Notes: generated by a model from the letters alone, not told the origin. Counted from the stretch's first letter, positions 1-10,404 are shown. The stretch is 64,000 bases of DNA from Syntrophales bacterium (GCA_963662405.2 CAXXKT010000001.1:800001-864000), one strand, 5' to 3'. Program-made: numbers and translations.

Positions 1-622
1 CCGCCCAATGATGAATCATGGAAAAGCTCAGCTTGGCGTTCTTCTTTACATAAAACTCCGAAACCCCCACGTGAAGCCCCTGTGTCACATGCGAAGCGCT
101 GGCACACCCGGAGATGATGTGCAGTTCCGATTCTTCCTCGGCGATGATAATATTGTGCACATTCTGGTTGAACCCCTCCTTTTCGAGGTAGAGGCATGCC
201 TGTGCGGGGAGGGTGATCTTCTTACCGGGAAGGGCGCGGATCACGTAGCCATTCTGGAGATCAAGGCGAGCGCGCGCCGTGTATTTGTCCGTATCCACCG
301 ACGCCATCTTCCAATAATAATCCTTGATCCAGTCCAGTTCCGCGAGGGCCTTCTTGATCGGAATAATCTCCAAGCCATCGTGCCGTGAGCCGGAGTGAAT
401 AGAGATGCCGTCCTTCTGGATATATGTACCGGCACGTTCTTTCTCGTCGATATCCAGACCCGCCAAGGCCATCCGTTCGCCGTCTTCTTGAGAGAGCACC
501 TTCAGAGTTTTAATATCTGCATGCCGGGGAGACTCGAGAGAATAAGCGTTCAGATCGATATCCGGTCCGATCGCCGCCTCTTTATCCTTTGCCTCCCGGG
601 CTTTATCGTCTAAGCTGCGCAT
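1..622 (-). CDS. SufB/SufD family Fe-S cluster assembly protein (SmsB-like), runs off the window edge
   Basis: Not in the ORF track. Manual translation from ATG 622 gives MRSLDDKAREAKDKEAAIGPDIDL...QACLYLEKEGFNQNVHNIIIAEEESELHIISGCAS...HVGVSEFYVKKNAKLSFSMIHHW, open to base 1; overlaps the sufC stop. Confidence 0.88.
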   Translation of the reverse strand, partial: MRSLDDKAREAKDKEAAIGPDIDLNAYSLESPRHADIKTLKVLSQEDGERMALAGLDIDEKERAGTYIQKDGISIHSGSRHDGLEIIPIKKALAELDWIKDYYWKMASVDTDKYTARARLDLQNGYVIRALPGKKITLPAQACLYLEKEGFNQNVHNIIIAEEESELHIISGCASASHVTQGLHVGVSEFYVKKNAKLSFSMIHHWA

Positions 623-1446
623 CGTGCACACTCCTTGTAGCCCACCTTCCTGATCTGTTTGAATATCTCCACGGGGTGGCCCTTCCCCGCCACCACGCCA
701 TTGTAGAGGACCAATCCCTTGTCGGCAGTCACATAGTCGAGGATGAATCCCGTGTGGGTAATGATCAGGCCCATCTTCGATCTGCTCTCGACCGATTGCT
801 GTACCGTTTTGAAGGGTGCGGATGCGCTCGCCTGCTCACACGATTGTACCGTTTTGCATGAACCAGCCGCTTCGCAGTGTTTCGTGGTCTTGCACGATCG
901 GTCTTCGGGGTTCCGCTGAAGGAGGCTGTTGATCGTATTCCCTATCAGGGAGATATTCTCAAGGTCGACACCTGATTCCGGTTCATCAAAGAGCGCCAAA
1001 TCGGCATTCTGGGCCATCAGCTGCAAGAGTTCCGAGCGTTTGATCTCTCCCCCCGAGAACCCCACATTAATATCACGATCAAGGAAATCCGTGAAATTGA
1101 GGCTCGCGGCGAGTGCGTCAACATCGGCGTGATCACGCGAACAGGCCTCAACCATCTTCCGCGTCGTCAGGCCTTGAATACTGGGCGGCCGCTGGTAGGA
1201 CATCCCGATGCCGAGCCGGGCGCGATCATCGACCGTCATGTAGGTAATGTCTTCTCCCTTGAAGGTGATCTTCCCACCGGTGACCTTGTACTGCGGGTAC
1301 CCCATTATCGTCATCAGGAGAGAGGTTTTCCCCGATCCGTTGGGTCCGAACAGGATATGGGTCTCTCCGGGGTAAATCTCCAGATCTACGTTCTTGAGGA
1401 TCTTCTTGTTCCCCAGCTTGACCTGCAGGTCTTCTATCACGAGCAT
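610..1446 (-). CDS. sufC: Fe-S assembly ABC ATPase SufC (SmsC-like)
   Basis: Walker A GPNGSGKT, RDINVGFSGGEIKRSE signature, LFDEPESGVD, IITH switch, C-terminal CxxC; directly upstream of SufBD. Confidence 0.9.
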   Translation of the reverse strand: MLVIEDLQVKLGNKKILKNVDLEIYPGETHILFGPNGSGKTSLLMTIMGYPQYKVTGGKITFKGEDITYMTVDDRARLGIGMSYQRPPSIQGLTTRKMVEACSRDHADVDALAASLNFTDFLDRDINVGFSGGEIKRSELLQLMAQNADLALFDEPESGVDLENISLIGNTINSLLQRNPEDRSCKTTKHCEAAGSCKTVQSCEQASASAPFKTVQQSVESRSKMGLIITHTGFILDYVTADKGLVLYNGVVAGKGHPVEIFKQIRKVGYKECARCAA

Positions 1447-1643
1447 ATCATCCTCTCCTTCACATCAATCCAATTATGGTGCTTCTATTCAATCTCTCTT
1501 CTAAAAAGTCAACACATTTTTTTTAATCGAACAACGCGAAACATGATAGTCGATTCTAAAAGACCATTTATCATTATGATATTAGTGAATGATTGTTACC
1601 TTTTGTGCTATATGGATTGTACGATTCTGGTCAAACCTCAATA

Positions 1644-1661
1644 AAAAACGTGCACGTTTTT
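1644..1661. repeat. Perfect 18-bp palindrome AAAAACGTGCACGTTTTT
   Basis: Read directly; immediately before the ATG of the IS5 relic and about 200 bp upstream of sufC. Confidence 0.7.
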
Positions 1662-1662
1662 C

Positions 1663-2147
1663 ATGATACCAAAGCCATCGAGATCGGCAACAGGATCTCG
1701 TTCGTTTGAAACTTCATCAGATAGTCGATCTTCGTGATCTGTTGGTCAGGTTGTCCCATGCGGTAAGGCGGGATCGTCTCGACGAGTTTTTGGCACGACC
1801 TTCTGCCCGGATCAGGGACGTCCGGCGATCAGCACCCGGATGATGACCTCCCGCTACTCCCTGCAGTGCACCCAAAACCTTTAAAAGAGACCATGGAAGC
1901 GGGCTTGAAACTCACGGCAATCAAGAAGTCCCCACTCAAACGGGTCAATGTTGATACCACGGTGCAGGAGATCGAAGCAGGGGGCAAGTCGGCAGAGCCG
2001 CTCTGCCCATGCCCATCAGATGAAAAGGGCGAAGGGGATCATAATTCAGGAGCGAAGCGATAAGAACAAGCTCTACAGTGTTCACGCGCCCATGGCGGCG
2101 ACCAAGCGCGGTGGCTGGTTCGCGGGTGCCAGGGCACTCCAGGGATT
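1663..2147 (+). mobile_element. Degenerate IS5-family transposase remnant
   Basis: Collinear fragments in different frames: DLVRLKLHQIVDLRDLLVRLSHAV, FGTTFCPDQGRPAISTRMM, LKETMEAGLKLTAIKKSPLKRVNVDTTVQE, QSRSAHAHQMKRA, QERSDKNKLYSVHAP, RGGWFAGARALQG. Terminal repeats not identified. Confidence 0.8.
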
Positions 2148-2221
2148 CCGCGATGTTGAGCGGGTGCGATACCGCACCGACGGCAGTTTCCCGAATGTGT
2201 CCATATTCGGGGACTTGATCT

Positions 2222-2443
2222 CATGCCCAGGTCGGATATCTGTTGTTAAAAGAGGCCGATTTCCCCTGGCCTATCGCCGATATCGTCGAGGCGATGGCGT
2301 CACACCGCCCCTCCCGGCCTTCACTGGGGATCAAAGGCGGGTCCGGGAAGATTGATGATGAGTTGGGAGTGCAGGCATGTCATGCTCTCTTTCGAGAAGA
2401 ACAATTCGATTTCAACGCCGCGGGCGTTGCGGCGAAGGCATAA
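2222..2443 (+). pseudogene. C-terminal remnant of an HD-GYP c-di-GMP phosphodiesterase
   Basis: HAQVGYLLLKEADFPWPIADIV joined to EAMASHRPSRPSLGI...ACHALFRE; the HHExxDGxGYP segment is missing. Confidence 0.75.
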
Positions 2444-2579
2444 AGAGCGCGGGGTGTATCAGCCCCTTTGTTTGACCTCTCCGGAGGAACCGCCCTGCTA
2501 TCAAGCCGGTCCAGTAGACTCCGTCAGCGGTGATAGGGACAGGTTCCGTTCGGGGAAGAATCTACGGGCAACATTGATC

Positions 2580-2613
2580 GGGACTCCGTGCCACCGGTGT
2601 TGCACGGAGTCTC
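2580..2613. terminator. 12-bp hairpin downstream of rimO, possible terminator
   Basis: GGGACTCCGTGC ... GCACGGAGTCTC inverted repeat; no clear U-tract. Confidence 0.4.
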
Positions 2614-2700
2614 TCGCGAATACCGGGGCGGGTGCACGCGACGGGCATCAGCAAGGTCACGCTCTATGGGTATCCCGGAGGTTTCCGCGGCTCCGTTTTT

Positions 2701-4050
2701 TCACGAGTGGGGGTTGTCTGCCTCGGCAAAGAGATCATACTCGTCTGCACCAGTGATGGTACAGGTCATGGCATCTCCGATCGATCCTTCTCGTGTCTTC
2801 AGGTACGTGATCCCGTCGATGTCCGGGGCCTGTCGCTCAACACGTCCGATGTAGTCATACCCTTCGATATCCGAAGGCTCTTCCAGGATGATCCGGGTGG
2901 TCAAGCCGATCAATGATTGATTGATCTGACGGGAAATTTCCGCTTGTTCCTCCATGATGGTCTCTCTCCGAAGTCGTTTGATCTCATCAGGGAGGTGATG
3001 GGGGAGGGTCGCTGCTCGGGTTCCCTCTTCCTTTGAGTATTCAAAAACCCCGACGTGATCGAGGCGTGTCTCTTGCACAAAGGCGAGGAGCCGTTCAAAG
3101 GCCTCCTCAGTTTCGCCGGGAGATCCCACGATCAGCGATGTCCTCAAGGCGACGCCGGGAATGATCTTCCGGGCGTGTGCTATCATCTTCCGTATGAGGG
3201 CGCTGCCGCCCCTCCGGTTCATTGACCGGAGGATCCCATCGTCAATGTGCTGGACGGGGAGGTCGATATAACGGCACACCTTGTCGAGGTCCTCAATCGT
3301 CTGGAAGAGTTCGTCGTCAAGACTTGCCGGATGGGTGTAGAGGAGCCTGATCCACTCGATCTCTTCAATCGATGCCATCTCCCGCAGGAGGACTGATAGG
3401 CGAGGTTTTGTACCGAGGTCGTACCCGTACCGGGTGGTTTCTTGAGCGGTCAGGATGATCTCTTTTACACCCCCTTTGGCCAGTCTCTTCGCTTCCCTGA
3501 GGACATCGTCTATTTCCCGGCTTTGAAAAGGCCCCCGGACCGAGGGGATGATACAATAGGAACAGTTATTATCACACCCCTCCGCTATCTTGAGGTAGGC
3601 GCTGTGGCTGGGGGTGGCCAGGATGCGCGGATGGGAGGCGTTCATCAGAAAATCGGGAGGACCTATATAAGAACGACGCATCGGTTCCGTGTCGCCTCGG
3701 AGGGCGGCGATGCGGGCGGCGATGCGGGGGACTTCTCCCGTTCCCAGAAAGAGATCGACCTCGGGGATCTCCTCCTCGAGGAGGGTTCCGTATCGCTGGG
3801 GGAGGCATCCCGTGACCACCAGATATCGGCACGCCCCCTCCCGCTTCATTTCCGCCATTCGAAAGATCTCTTCAATCGATTCTTCCCGTGCCGGAAGAAT
3901 GAAGGCACAGGTGTTGATCACTATGATCTGTGCGTTTTCGGGGGAAAGGACCAGATCAAAGCCGCTTTCGGCAAGAGTGGCGGCCATCACTTCCGAATCG
4001 ATCAGGTTCTTCGGGCATCCCAGGCTGATGATATGGACTGTATCCTTCAT
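2701..4050 (-). CDS. rimO: Ribosomal protein S12 methylthiotransferase RimO
   Basis: SLGCPKNLIDSE, INTCAFI, AYLKIAEGCDNNCSYC, QAPDIDG TRAM region; start moved to ATG 4050, just after the ftsK stop. Confidence 0.95.
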   Translation of the reverse strand: MKDTVHIISLGCPKNLIDSEVMAATLAESGFDLVLSPENAQIIVINTCAFILPAREESIEEIFRMAEMKREGACRYLVVTGCLPQRYGTLLEEEIPEVDLFLGTGEVPRIAARIAALRGDTEPMRRSYIGPPDFLMNASHPRILATPSHSAYLKIAEGCDNNCSYCIIPSVRGPFQSREIDDVLREAKRLAKGGVKEIILTAQETTRYGYDLGTKPRLSVLLREMASIEEIEWIRLLYTHPASLDDELFQTIEDLDKVCRYIDLPVQHIDDGILRSMNRRGGSALIRKMIAHARKIIPGVALRTSLIVGSPGETEEAFERLLAFVQETRLDHVGVFEYSKEEGTRAATLPHHLPDEIKRLRRETIMEEQAEISRQINQSLIGLTTRIILEEPSDIEGYDYIGRVERQAPDIDGITYLKTREGSIGDAMTCTITGADEYDLFAEADNPHS

Positions 4051-4051
4051 A

Positions 4052-6274
4052 TTATCGGGGGAGTTTTCCGGCCAGGATCTTTCGTGGTTTGGCGCCGTCG
4101 GATGGACCCACGACACCTTCGGCCTCCATCCGTTCCACAATGCGGGCGGCCCGGTTGTAGCCGATTTTCAGGTACCGCTGAACGAGGGATATCGAGGCAT
4201 GCCCCAGGTCGGTCACCAGTTCAACCGCCTCGTCGTACTTCTCATCGAACTCGTCATTTCCCCCGTCTTCCTTTGCATCCGGGTTGTAGGCGGATATCGA
4301 TTCGTCGTACTGGGGGAGGCGCTGCCCCTTCAGGAAACTGACAAGCTTCGAGATTTCGCTGTCGGAAACGAAGGCACCGTGGATGCGCACCAGTTTTGAG
4401 GTCCCCGGCGGGACAAACAGCATGTCCCCCGCCCCGAGCAGTTTTTCTGCCCCCAATTCGTCGAGTATCGTCCGTGAGTCCACCCGTGACGACACCTGAA
4501 ACGATATCCGGGTGGGGAAGTTGGCCTTGATGATCCCGGTGATGACGTCGACCGATGGCCGCTGGGTTGCCAGGATGAGGTGTATCCCAGCGGCCCTGGC
4601 CATCTGTGCCAGGCGTGCAAGGGATGACTCCACGTTTCTCTGTGCCACCATCATCAGATCGGCCAGTTCGTCGATGATCACGATGATGTAGGGAAGTCTT
4701 TCCGGGGCCGTCTCCCCCCCTTCTCCGGAACGGGGGGCTGCAGGGTTGTCCGACAGTTTTTTTCCGAGGGCATCGGCTTGCTTCTCCAACAGGCGATTAT
4801 ATCGCTCGATGCTCTTGACGCCCGCTGCGGCAATGATGGCGTAGCGCCGTTCCATTTCAACGACGGCCCACTTGAGTGCCTGAGATGCCTCCTTGGGATC
4901 AACTACCACAGGGTGGAGGAGATGGGGAACGCCTTCATAGCCGGAGAGCTCGAGTCTTTTCGGGTCAATCATGATAAACTTGACATCATCCGGTGTGGCC
5001 TTGAACATGATGCTGCATATCATGGCGTTGAGAGAGACACTCTTGCCAGATCCGGTGGTCCCCGCGATCAGGAGATGAGGCATCGCGGCAAGATCCGCAA
5101 TCATTGTTTGTCCCGTAATATTTTTCCCCAGCGCGATCGGCAATCGGTATTTTGACTCCAGAAACTCCTCGCTGTCGAGGACATCTCGCAAGTAGACGGA
5201 ATCTCTCCCCTGATTGGGAATTTCAATGCCGATAGCCGCCTTTCCGGGAATGGGCGCCACGATCCTGATGCTCTGAGCCTTCAGCGCGAGGGCGAGGTCG
5301 TCGGAGAGATTCGTGATTTTGTTGATTTTGACCCCTGCCGCCGGTTCCAACTCGTACATGGTAACCACGGGCCCCGGTTTGACTTCCGTCACCGTCCCCT
5401 CGACACCGAAATCGGCCAGTTTCTTTTCGAGAATACGCGAATTCATGAGGAGACTCTCACGCTTCATCCGCGTGTTCCTGACTTCAACCTTGTTGAGAAG
5501 ATCGACGGGAGGAAGTCTGAAGGCCCCTTCCGGTTCCAAAAACCCGAAAGAGACCTGCTCGTCCTTTCGGGGCTCTTCCTTCTGCATGACCACGGCAGGG
5601 ATGATCGGCTCTTGTTTCGTGATCCGGGGTTTTCGCCTGGTGGCGATCTTCTTTCTCTTCACCCGCCCCATCCCGACTACCACAAAGGTGTTCAGCCGAA
5701 GGAAGGTACCGGCCAAGCCGATGACGGTCCTCCTGACCACCGTTACGATCGAGGTGTCAAGCGTCACCATTACCGAGATGACGAGGATGACAACCAGAAC
5801 GATATCGGTCCCTATCTGGTTCAGACCGGAATAGAGTAGCGTAAGCGTCCATGTGCCGAGGAGTCCCCCCGGGCTCAGATCAACACCGGAAACGGTTATT
5901 GGTCCGTGCCGCTCCGCCAGGAAAGCGGATGCGACGAAGACGAGACCGATGCTCCCCATAAGGGAGGAAAGGATCGATATACCGAACCTGCCGCCGATGA
6001 AGAGCCTGCAAGAGAAAAGGGCGAGAAACACCGGGAAGAGATACGATGTCATCCCGAAGATTCGCAAAAGGGCATCAGAGAGATACGAACCGACCAGACC
6101 GCCGTAATTGACGATCCGAACCTTCCCCGCTACAAAGTGCGTCAGTGAGGGATCATGAGGACTGTAGGAAAAGAGACACAAGAAGATAAAGACCGCAAAG
6201 GCGATGGATATGACCCCCCCTATCTCCTTCATGCGTACCGCTTCTCGGCCGGATCGTTGTTTCTTCACGTCCAC
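4052..6274 (-). CDS. ftsK: DNA translocase FtsK
   Basis: N-terminal TM domain, PHLLIAGTTGSGKS, IIDELADLMM, ATQRPSVDVITG, gamma domain IGYNRAARIVE. Confidence 0.96.
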   Translation of the reverse strand: MDVKKQRSGREAVRMKEIGGVISIAFAVFIFLCLFSYSPHDPSLTHFVAGKVRIVNYGGLVGSYLSDALLRIFGMTSYLFPVFLALFSCRLFIGGRFGISILSSLMGSIGLVFVASAFLAERHGPITVSGVDLSPGGLLGTWTLTLLYSGLNQIGTDIVLVVILVISVMVTLDTSIVTVVRRTVIGLAGTFLRLNTFVVVGMGRVKRKKIATRRKPRITKQEPIIPAVVMQKEEPRKDEQVSFGFLEPEGAFRLPPVDLLNKVEVRNTRMKRESLLMNSRILEKKLADFGVEGTVTEVKPGPVVTMYELEPAAGVKINKITNLSDDLALALKAQSIRIVAPIPGKAAIGIEIPNQGRDSVYLRDVLDSEEFLESKYRLPIALGKNITGQTMIADLAAMPHLLIAGTTGSGKSVSLNAMICSIMFKATPDDVKFIMIDPKRLELSGYEGVPHLLHPVVVDPKEASQALKWAVVEMERRYAIIAAAGVKSIERYNRLLEKQADALGKKLSDNPAAPRSGEGGETAPERLPYIIVIIDELADLMMVAQRNVESSLARLAQMARAAGIHLILATQRPSVDVITGIIKANFPTRISFQVSSRVDSRTILDELGAEKLLGAGDMLFVPPGTSKLVRIHGAFVSDSEISKLVSFLKGQRLPQYDESISAYNPDAKEDGGNDEFDEKYDEAVELVTDLGHASISLVQRYLKIGYNRAARIVERMEAEGVVGPSDGAKPRKILAGKLPR

Positions 6275-6280
6275 ATCCCC

Positions 6281-7111
6281 CTACCAAGAAAGGTTAGATG
6301 ATATCGCTTGAATAATCAATGTACAAATTCCAAGCGTCCAGCAATAGTAAGCAAATATGCTCAGTTTCCGTTTCCTTATGATGAAGAGCAATAGACCGAG
6401 GGTCAAAAAGCCCGTCACGGCGGCAGCAACCATCCCGGCGAGGTATGTACCGATGTCACAGGGAGCAATCCCTTCCAGATATCTCATTTCAAAAAGCAAC
6501 GCCCCTAAGACGGCGGGGACGGAGATAAGAAAGGAGAATCGGGCTGCCGCGGCTCCGTCCAGCCCCCTGAAGATGCCGAATGCTATCGTGGCTCCGGAGC
6601 GTGATATTCCCGGAATCAGGGCCATTCCCTGCACAATTCCGATGACGAGACTGTCGGTGATGTTCATATCCGGTTTCCTCCTCCCGGAAAACCGATCGGA
6701 TAGAAACAACAGGATCCCGGTAATGAGAAGCGTGAATGAAACCATTTGTGGCGACGTAAAAAGATGGTGAATCTTTTGATCGAACAGGAGACCGATAACC
6801 CCGGTACATGCCGTGGCGACAACGACATACAACCCCGTCTTTCGAGCGGCTCGCGCATGAGCGTCATTGCGGTTCCGCGGAGACCACCGTGAAGGGAGCA
6901 GAGAGGTCATGATCTCCAGGATTTCTCTCCGGAGAAAGAAAAGGACCGCCAGGAGGGTCCCCACGTGGAGCATGACATCGAACAGGACTCCCGGCTGATG
7001 GAACCCCGGCAGGTATTGCTGTATGATAACGAGGTGACCGGAACTGCTCACGGGGAGAAATTCCGTCAGTCCTTGGACGATACCAAGGAGGATGCCTTCC
7101 CATACATTCAC
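6281..7111 (-). CDS. uppP: Undecaprenyl-diphosphate phosphatase
   Basis: QGLTEFLPVSSSGHL and PGISRSGAT motifs; hydrophobic. Confidence 0.95.
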   Translation of the reverse strand: MNVWEGILLGIVQGLTEFLPVSSSGHLVIIQQYLPGFHQPGVLFDVMLHVGTLLAVLFFLRREILEIMTSLLPSRWSPRNRNDAHARAARKTGLYVVVATACTGVIGLLFDQKIHHLFTSPQMVSFTLLITGILLFLSDRFSGRRKPDMNITDSLVIGIVQGMALIPGISRSGATIAFGIFRGLDGAAAARFSFLISVPAVLGALLFEMRYLEGIAPCDIGTYLAGMVAAAVTGFLTLGLLLFIIRKRKLSIFAYYCWTLGICTLIIQAISSNLSW

Positions 7112-7326
7112 AGACAGCCCCTTTCCCTTCTCAAACGTGATACGGATAATCGCGGCACGATGGCATTCGGATACGATACATATGACGGATACGCGCGTTT
7201 TTTGTACTGAATACTATCGCTGAAGTCAATGGAAAACATTGAATCTTTGCCCCGGCGATATAATTCATTTGACAGTGCCGCACATTATGCATTAGGGTAC
7301 TGTCATACATCGATAGGGGGAAGAGA

Positions 7327-7734
7327 ATGGTTAATAAGGTAATACTGATCGGGCGATTGGGCGCGGATCCTGAGGTTCGGTACACGCAGGATGGGACCAT
7401 GGTCACCAACTTCAACCTGGCAACCGATGAGCAATGGAAAGATAAAAACGGTGAGCGCACGCAGAAGACGGAGTGGCACCGTGTCGTTACGTTCAGAAAA
7501 CTGGCCGAGATATGCGGCAACTATCTGGCCAAAGGGAGACTGGTCTACATAGAGGGTCGTCTGCAGACGAGGGCTTGGGATGACAAAGACGGGAATAAAC
7601 GGTACACCACGGAGATCGTCGCCTCTAACATGCAAATGCTGGAACGCAAGGAACAAGGTCCCCCTCAATCGGGAGGATTCGGCGGGGGTATGCCTCCTAG
7701 CGCGGGCATACCTGATGACGACGTTCCCTTTTAG
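7327..7734 (+). CDS. ssb: Single-stranded DNA-binding protein
   Basis: [26 protein letters not shown]-terminal DDVPF. Confidence 0.97.
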   Translation: MVNKVILIGRLGADPEVRYTQDGTMVTNFNLATDEQWKDKNGERTQKTEWHRVVTFRKLAEICGNYLAKGRLVYIEGRLQTRAWDDKDGNKRYTTEIVASNMQMLERKEQGPPQSGGFGGGMPPSAGIPDDDVPF

Positions 7735-7786
7735 CACGGATGCTGTCCTCGTCATGCCGCAGACGGAGACATGCCGGATCGGCGCG

Positions 7787-7813
7787 ACGCCCCTCAGCCT
7801 GTCTGTGGGGCGT
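7787..7813. terminator. Hairpin between convergent ssb and tatA
   Basis: ACGCCCC ... GGGGCGT followed by a T-rich run on +. Confidence 0.5.
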
Positions 7814-8005
7814 TTATTTTTCCTCTTTATTGATCTTCTTGGGATCCTCGGCGCCATTCACCTCATCGGGTTCTTGAAAAGATTTCTTGAAGTTTCTGAT
7901 CCCTTTACCGATAGCTCCCCCTATCTCGGGAAGTTTCCCGGCACCAAAGATGATCAGGATAATGACCAGTATGATCACCAGCTCGGGCATACCTATTCCA
8001 AACAT
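7814..8005 (-). CDS. tatA: Twin-arginine translocase subunit TatA/E
   Basis: [40 protein letters not shown]. Confidence 0.95.
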   Translation of the reverse strand: MFGIGMPELVIILVIILIIFGAGKLPEIGGAIGKGIRNFKKSFQEPDEVNGAEDPKKINKEEK

Positions 8006-8059
8006 ATTCGATTCACCTCTCAGGTTCTCTTGATCAGGTATAGTGCAATTCTCTCCGTG

Positions 8060-9076
8060 TTACCCTCGTGGAGGCAGCGTCAGATGGATGACCTCCCCGT
8101 GCCCTCCCAGGGGACCCAGCGTCTTTCCCTGAAACCGGATATCCACCCCCCCGGCATTACCGATAAGGAGGCCCAATCGTTCTGAGGCCCTCTCCGTGAT
8201 CCGATCTCCCGGTCTGAGCATAATCTCGAAGGGAGGCTCTCCGTCTCGGTCGATCTGAATCCAGGTCAGTTCGGACGCCTCAATGACGAGGGTATACGAT
8301 CCTTCCGCGGCAACAATGGCATCAGGCACAACCGATTCTTCCGGCTTTTGATCTTCAGACATACCATGCTCGCTCACGGGTAACGACGGTGCGAGTTGTG
8401 CCGTCGACTCCACTCCTTCCGCGGCCATTCGATCCACCCTCTCGGGGAGATCCTCAGTCGAGATGTCCACGGGCGGTTTCTCCTCCATCTCCGGCGATGC
8501 ACTCTGTTCTCCGGCGATAGTAGGGTGGTATGTTTCCGGTGCGGGGTCCTCTTCGGAGGCACCCTGAGTCTCGCTGATGGAGTTCTCTTGTGCCGCAGGG
8601 GAGCTATTCTCTGTGGTGATGGTGATCTGTTGATCACCTCCCCCCCACTGGTACAGTGAAAAGAAACCTGCCAGGATAAACATTATGGACATCGCCATCA
8701 CCCATATCCACACTTCCCGATGACGTTTTTTTACGATCAACCCGTTCAGAAACCCGTGAGAATCGTGCACGGGTTCGAGATTGCGGCGGTACTGCTCATA
8801 GAGCAAACGAATCTGTTCACCGTCGACATCAAGGGCCCGTGCATACATGTCGATAAAGGCCCGTGCATATATCGGTTCCGGAAGTAGTTCAAAGCGCTGC
8901 TCCTCAATGGCCTTGAGATTCTGAGGACTGATCCGCGTTGAAGAAGCAAGGTCTACCAGAGTGAGGCCCCTGGCCAGTCTGATAGCCCTCAGGTCAAGGG
9001 CGACCTCCTCACACGACTGCTCAGAATCCATCGGCGCGTCATCCCCTACGATGTCTTGTCCTTTTCCACCAATCAC
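8060..9076 (-). CDS. rodZ: RodZ-like protein (HTH, TM helix, C-terminal DUF4115-like domain)
   Basis: HTH with LPEPIYARAFIDMYARAL, single TM helix, acidic linker, IGNAGGV near the C-terminus. Confidence 0.8.
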   Translation of the reverse strand: MIGGKGQDIVGDDAPMDSEQSCEEVALDLRAIRLARGLTLVDLASSTRISPQNLKAIEEQRFELLPEPIYARAFIDMYARALDVDGEQIRLLYEQYRRNLEPVHDSHGFLNGLIVKKRHREVWIWVMAMSIMFILAGFFSLYQWGGGDQQITITTENSSPAAQENSISETQGASEEDPAPETYHPTIAGEQSASPEMEEKPPVDISTEDLPERVDRMAAEGVESTAQLAPSLPVSEHGMSEDQKPEESVVPDAIVAAEGSYTLVIEASELTWIQIDRDGEPPFEIMLRPGDRITERASERLGLLIGNAGGVDIRFQGKTLGPLGGHGEVIHLTLPPRG

Positions 9077-9209
9077 GACTAAAAATCCTCAATACTTACT
9101 AACCGTTGAAATATCTATCACTAATCAACCGGTGAAGCAACAGAAATTCTTTCAACAATCTCATGAAATCGTGTTACAACAACTTCGTAGAAATACAAGG
9201 GAGGAAGGA

Positions 9210-10007
9210 ATGCCGGAACACGGAGAATTCGCTATATCGATCGCCAGGAGAGCGGGTTCGCTTCTGAAAGATCGTTTCACGAAGAAACACCGAGTCGATT
9301 ATAAGGGGGAGATCGACATCGTAACGGAGGCCGACAGAATGTCGGAGCAGTTATTGATAACTGAGATAGGCACACAGTTTCCCGAACACGGGATCTTGTC
9401 CGAAGAGACGGCTGAGATTGAACGTCCGTCCCGGTATCGGTGGGTCATCGACCCTCTTGACGGAACGACCAATTATGCCCATGGTTTCCCCGTATTCTGC
9501 GTATCCATCGCCCTGGAGAAAGACGGGCACATCATCACCGGCGTCATCTATAACCCCGTCTCGGAAGAGCTGTTCGTTGCCGGCAAGGGTCAGGGGGCGT
9601 TCCTCAATGGCTCCCCTCTCTCGGTTTCCGGGATCGGAGAGGTCGCGAAGAGTCTCTTAGCCACCGGTTTCCCATACGACATACGAAAAGATCCAAACAA
9701 TAACATCGGGTATTTTTCTGAAATGGCCCTGAAGGCCCAATCTATTCGCCGTGCCGGCTCCGCGGCGCTCGATCTCGCATACACCGCTGCGGGGCGTTTC
9801 GACGGTTTCTGGGAACTGAAGCTGCACCCGTGGGATACGGCGGCCGGGTGGCTCCTGGTCAGTGAGGCGGGGGGCGTTGTGACTGATATCACCGGCGACG
9901 GATACCGCCTCGATGCCCCTACCATACTCGCATCGAACGGGAAGATACATGATCGCCTGATCAGGATACTGAACGGCGCCAAGCCGTTAGACCAAAGATT
10001 GATGTGA
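9210..10007 (+). CDS. suhB: Inositol monophosphatase family protein
   Basis: WVIDPLDGTTNYAHG, RRAGSAALDL, WDTAAG; start at ATG 9210 after GGAGG. Confidence 0.9.
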   Translation: MPEHGEFAISIARRAGSLLKDRFTKKHRVDYKGEIDIVTEADRMSEQLLITEIGTQFPEHGILSEETAEIERPSRYRWVIDPLDGTTNYAHGFPVFCVSIALEKDGHIITGVIYNPVSEELFVAGKGQGAFLNGSPLSVSGIGEVAKSLLATGFPYDIRKDPNNNIGYFSEMALKAQSIRRAGSAALDLAYTAAGRFDGFWELKLHPWDTAAGWLLVSEAGGVVTDITGDGYRLDAPTILASNGKIHDRLIRILNGAKPLDQRLM

Positions 10008-10069
10008 ACGCCCGGAACAGAGAATGTGCGGAAAAGGATTGAAACCCGGAGAGCTCTCTGAGGGTATCG

Positions 10070-10357
10070 TCACAACTTCAGCTTCTTGATCTTTCCGTGG
10101 AGGGTGTTTCTGTTGATCCCGAGAAAATCGGCGGCGGCGGTTTTGACATTATTGGAACGTTTCATGGCAATCTTGATCAGCCCTCGTTCAACCATCGTAA
10201 GGATTTCGTCATATAACCCTTCTCTCCCGTTCCTTTCGCAGCCGAGAATCGTGACGACCTCATCAAGCCGTTTTTCAAAGATCTCTTCCATGAGGGGGAA
10301 GGATGGTTCTTGCATCTCCTCTTCCATCATCGCCCGAATCCGCTCCTGTTTTCCCAT
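10070..10357 (-). CDS. Stand-alone Fis-type HTH protein
   Basis: [18 protein letters not shown]...[32 protein letters not shown] before ATG 10357. Confidence 0.8.
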   Translation of the reverse strand: MGKQERIRAMMEEEMQEPSFPLMEEIFEKRLDEVVTILGCERNGREGLYDEILTMVERGLIKIAMKRSNNVKTAAADFLGINRNTLHGKIKKLKL

Positions 10358-10404
10358 CTGACACTCCTTAAAGGGTAGCATATGGAGTAAAAGAAATAAC
10401 AATA

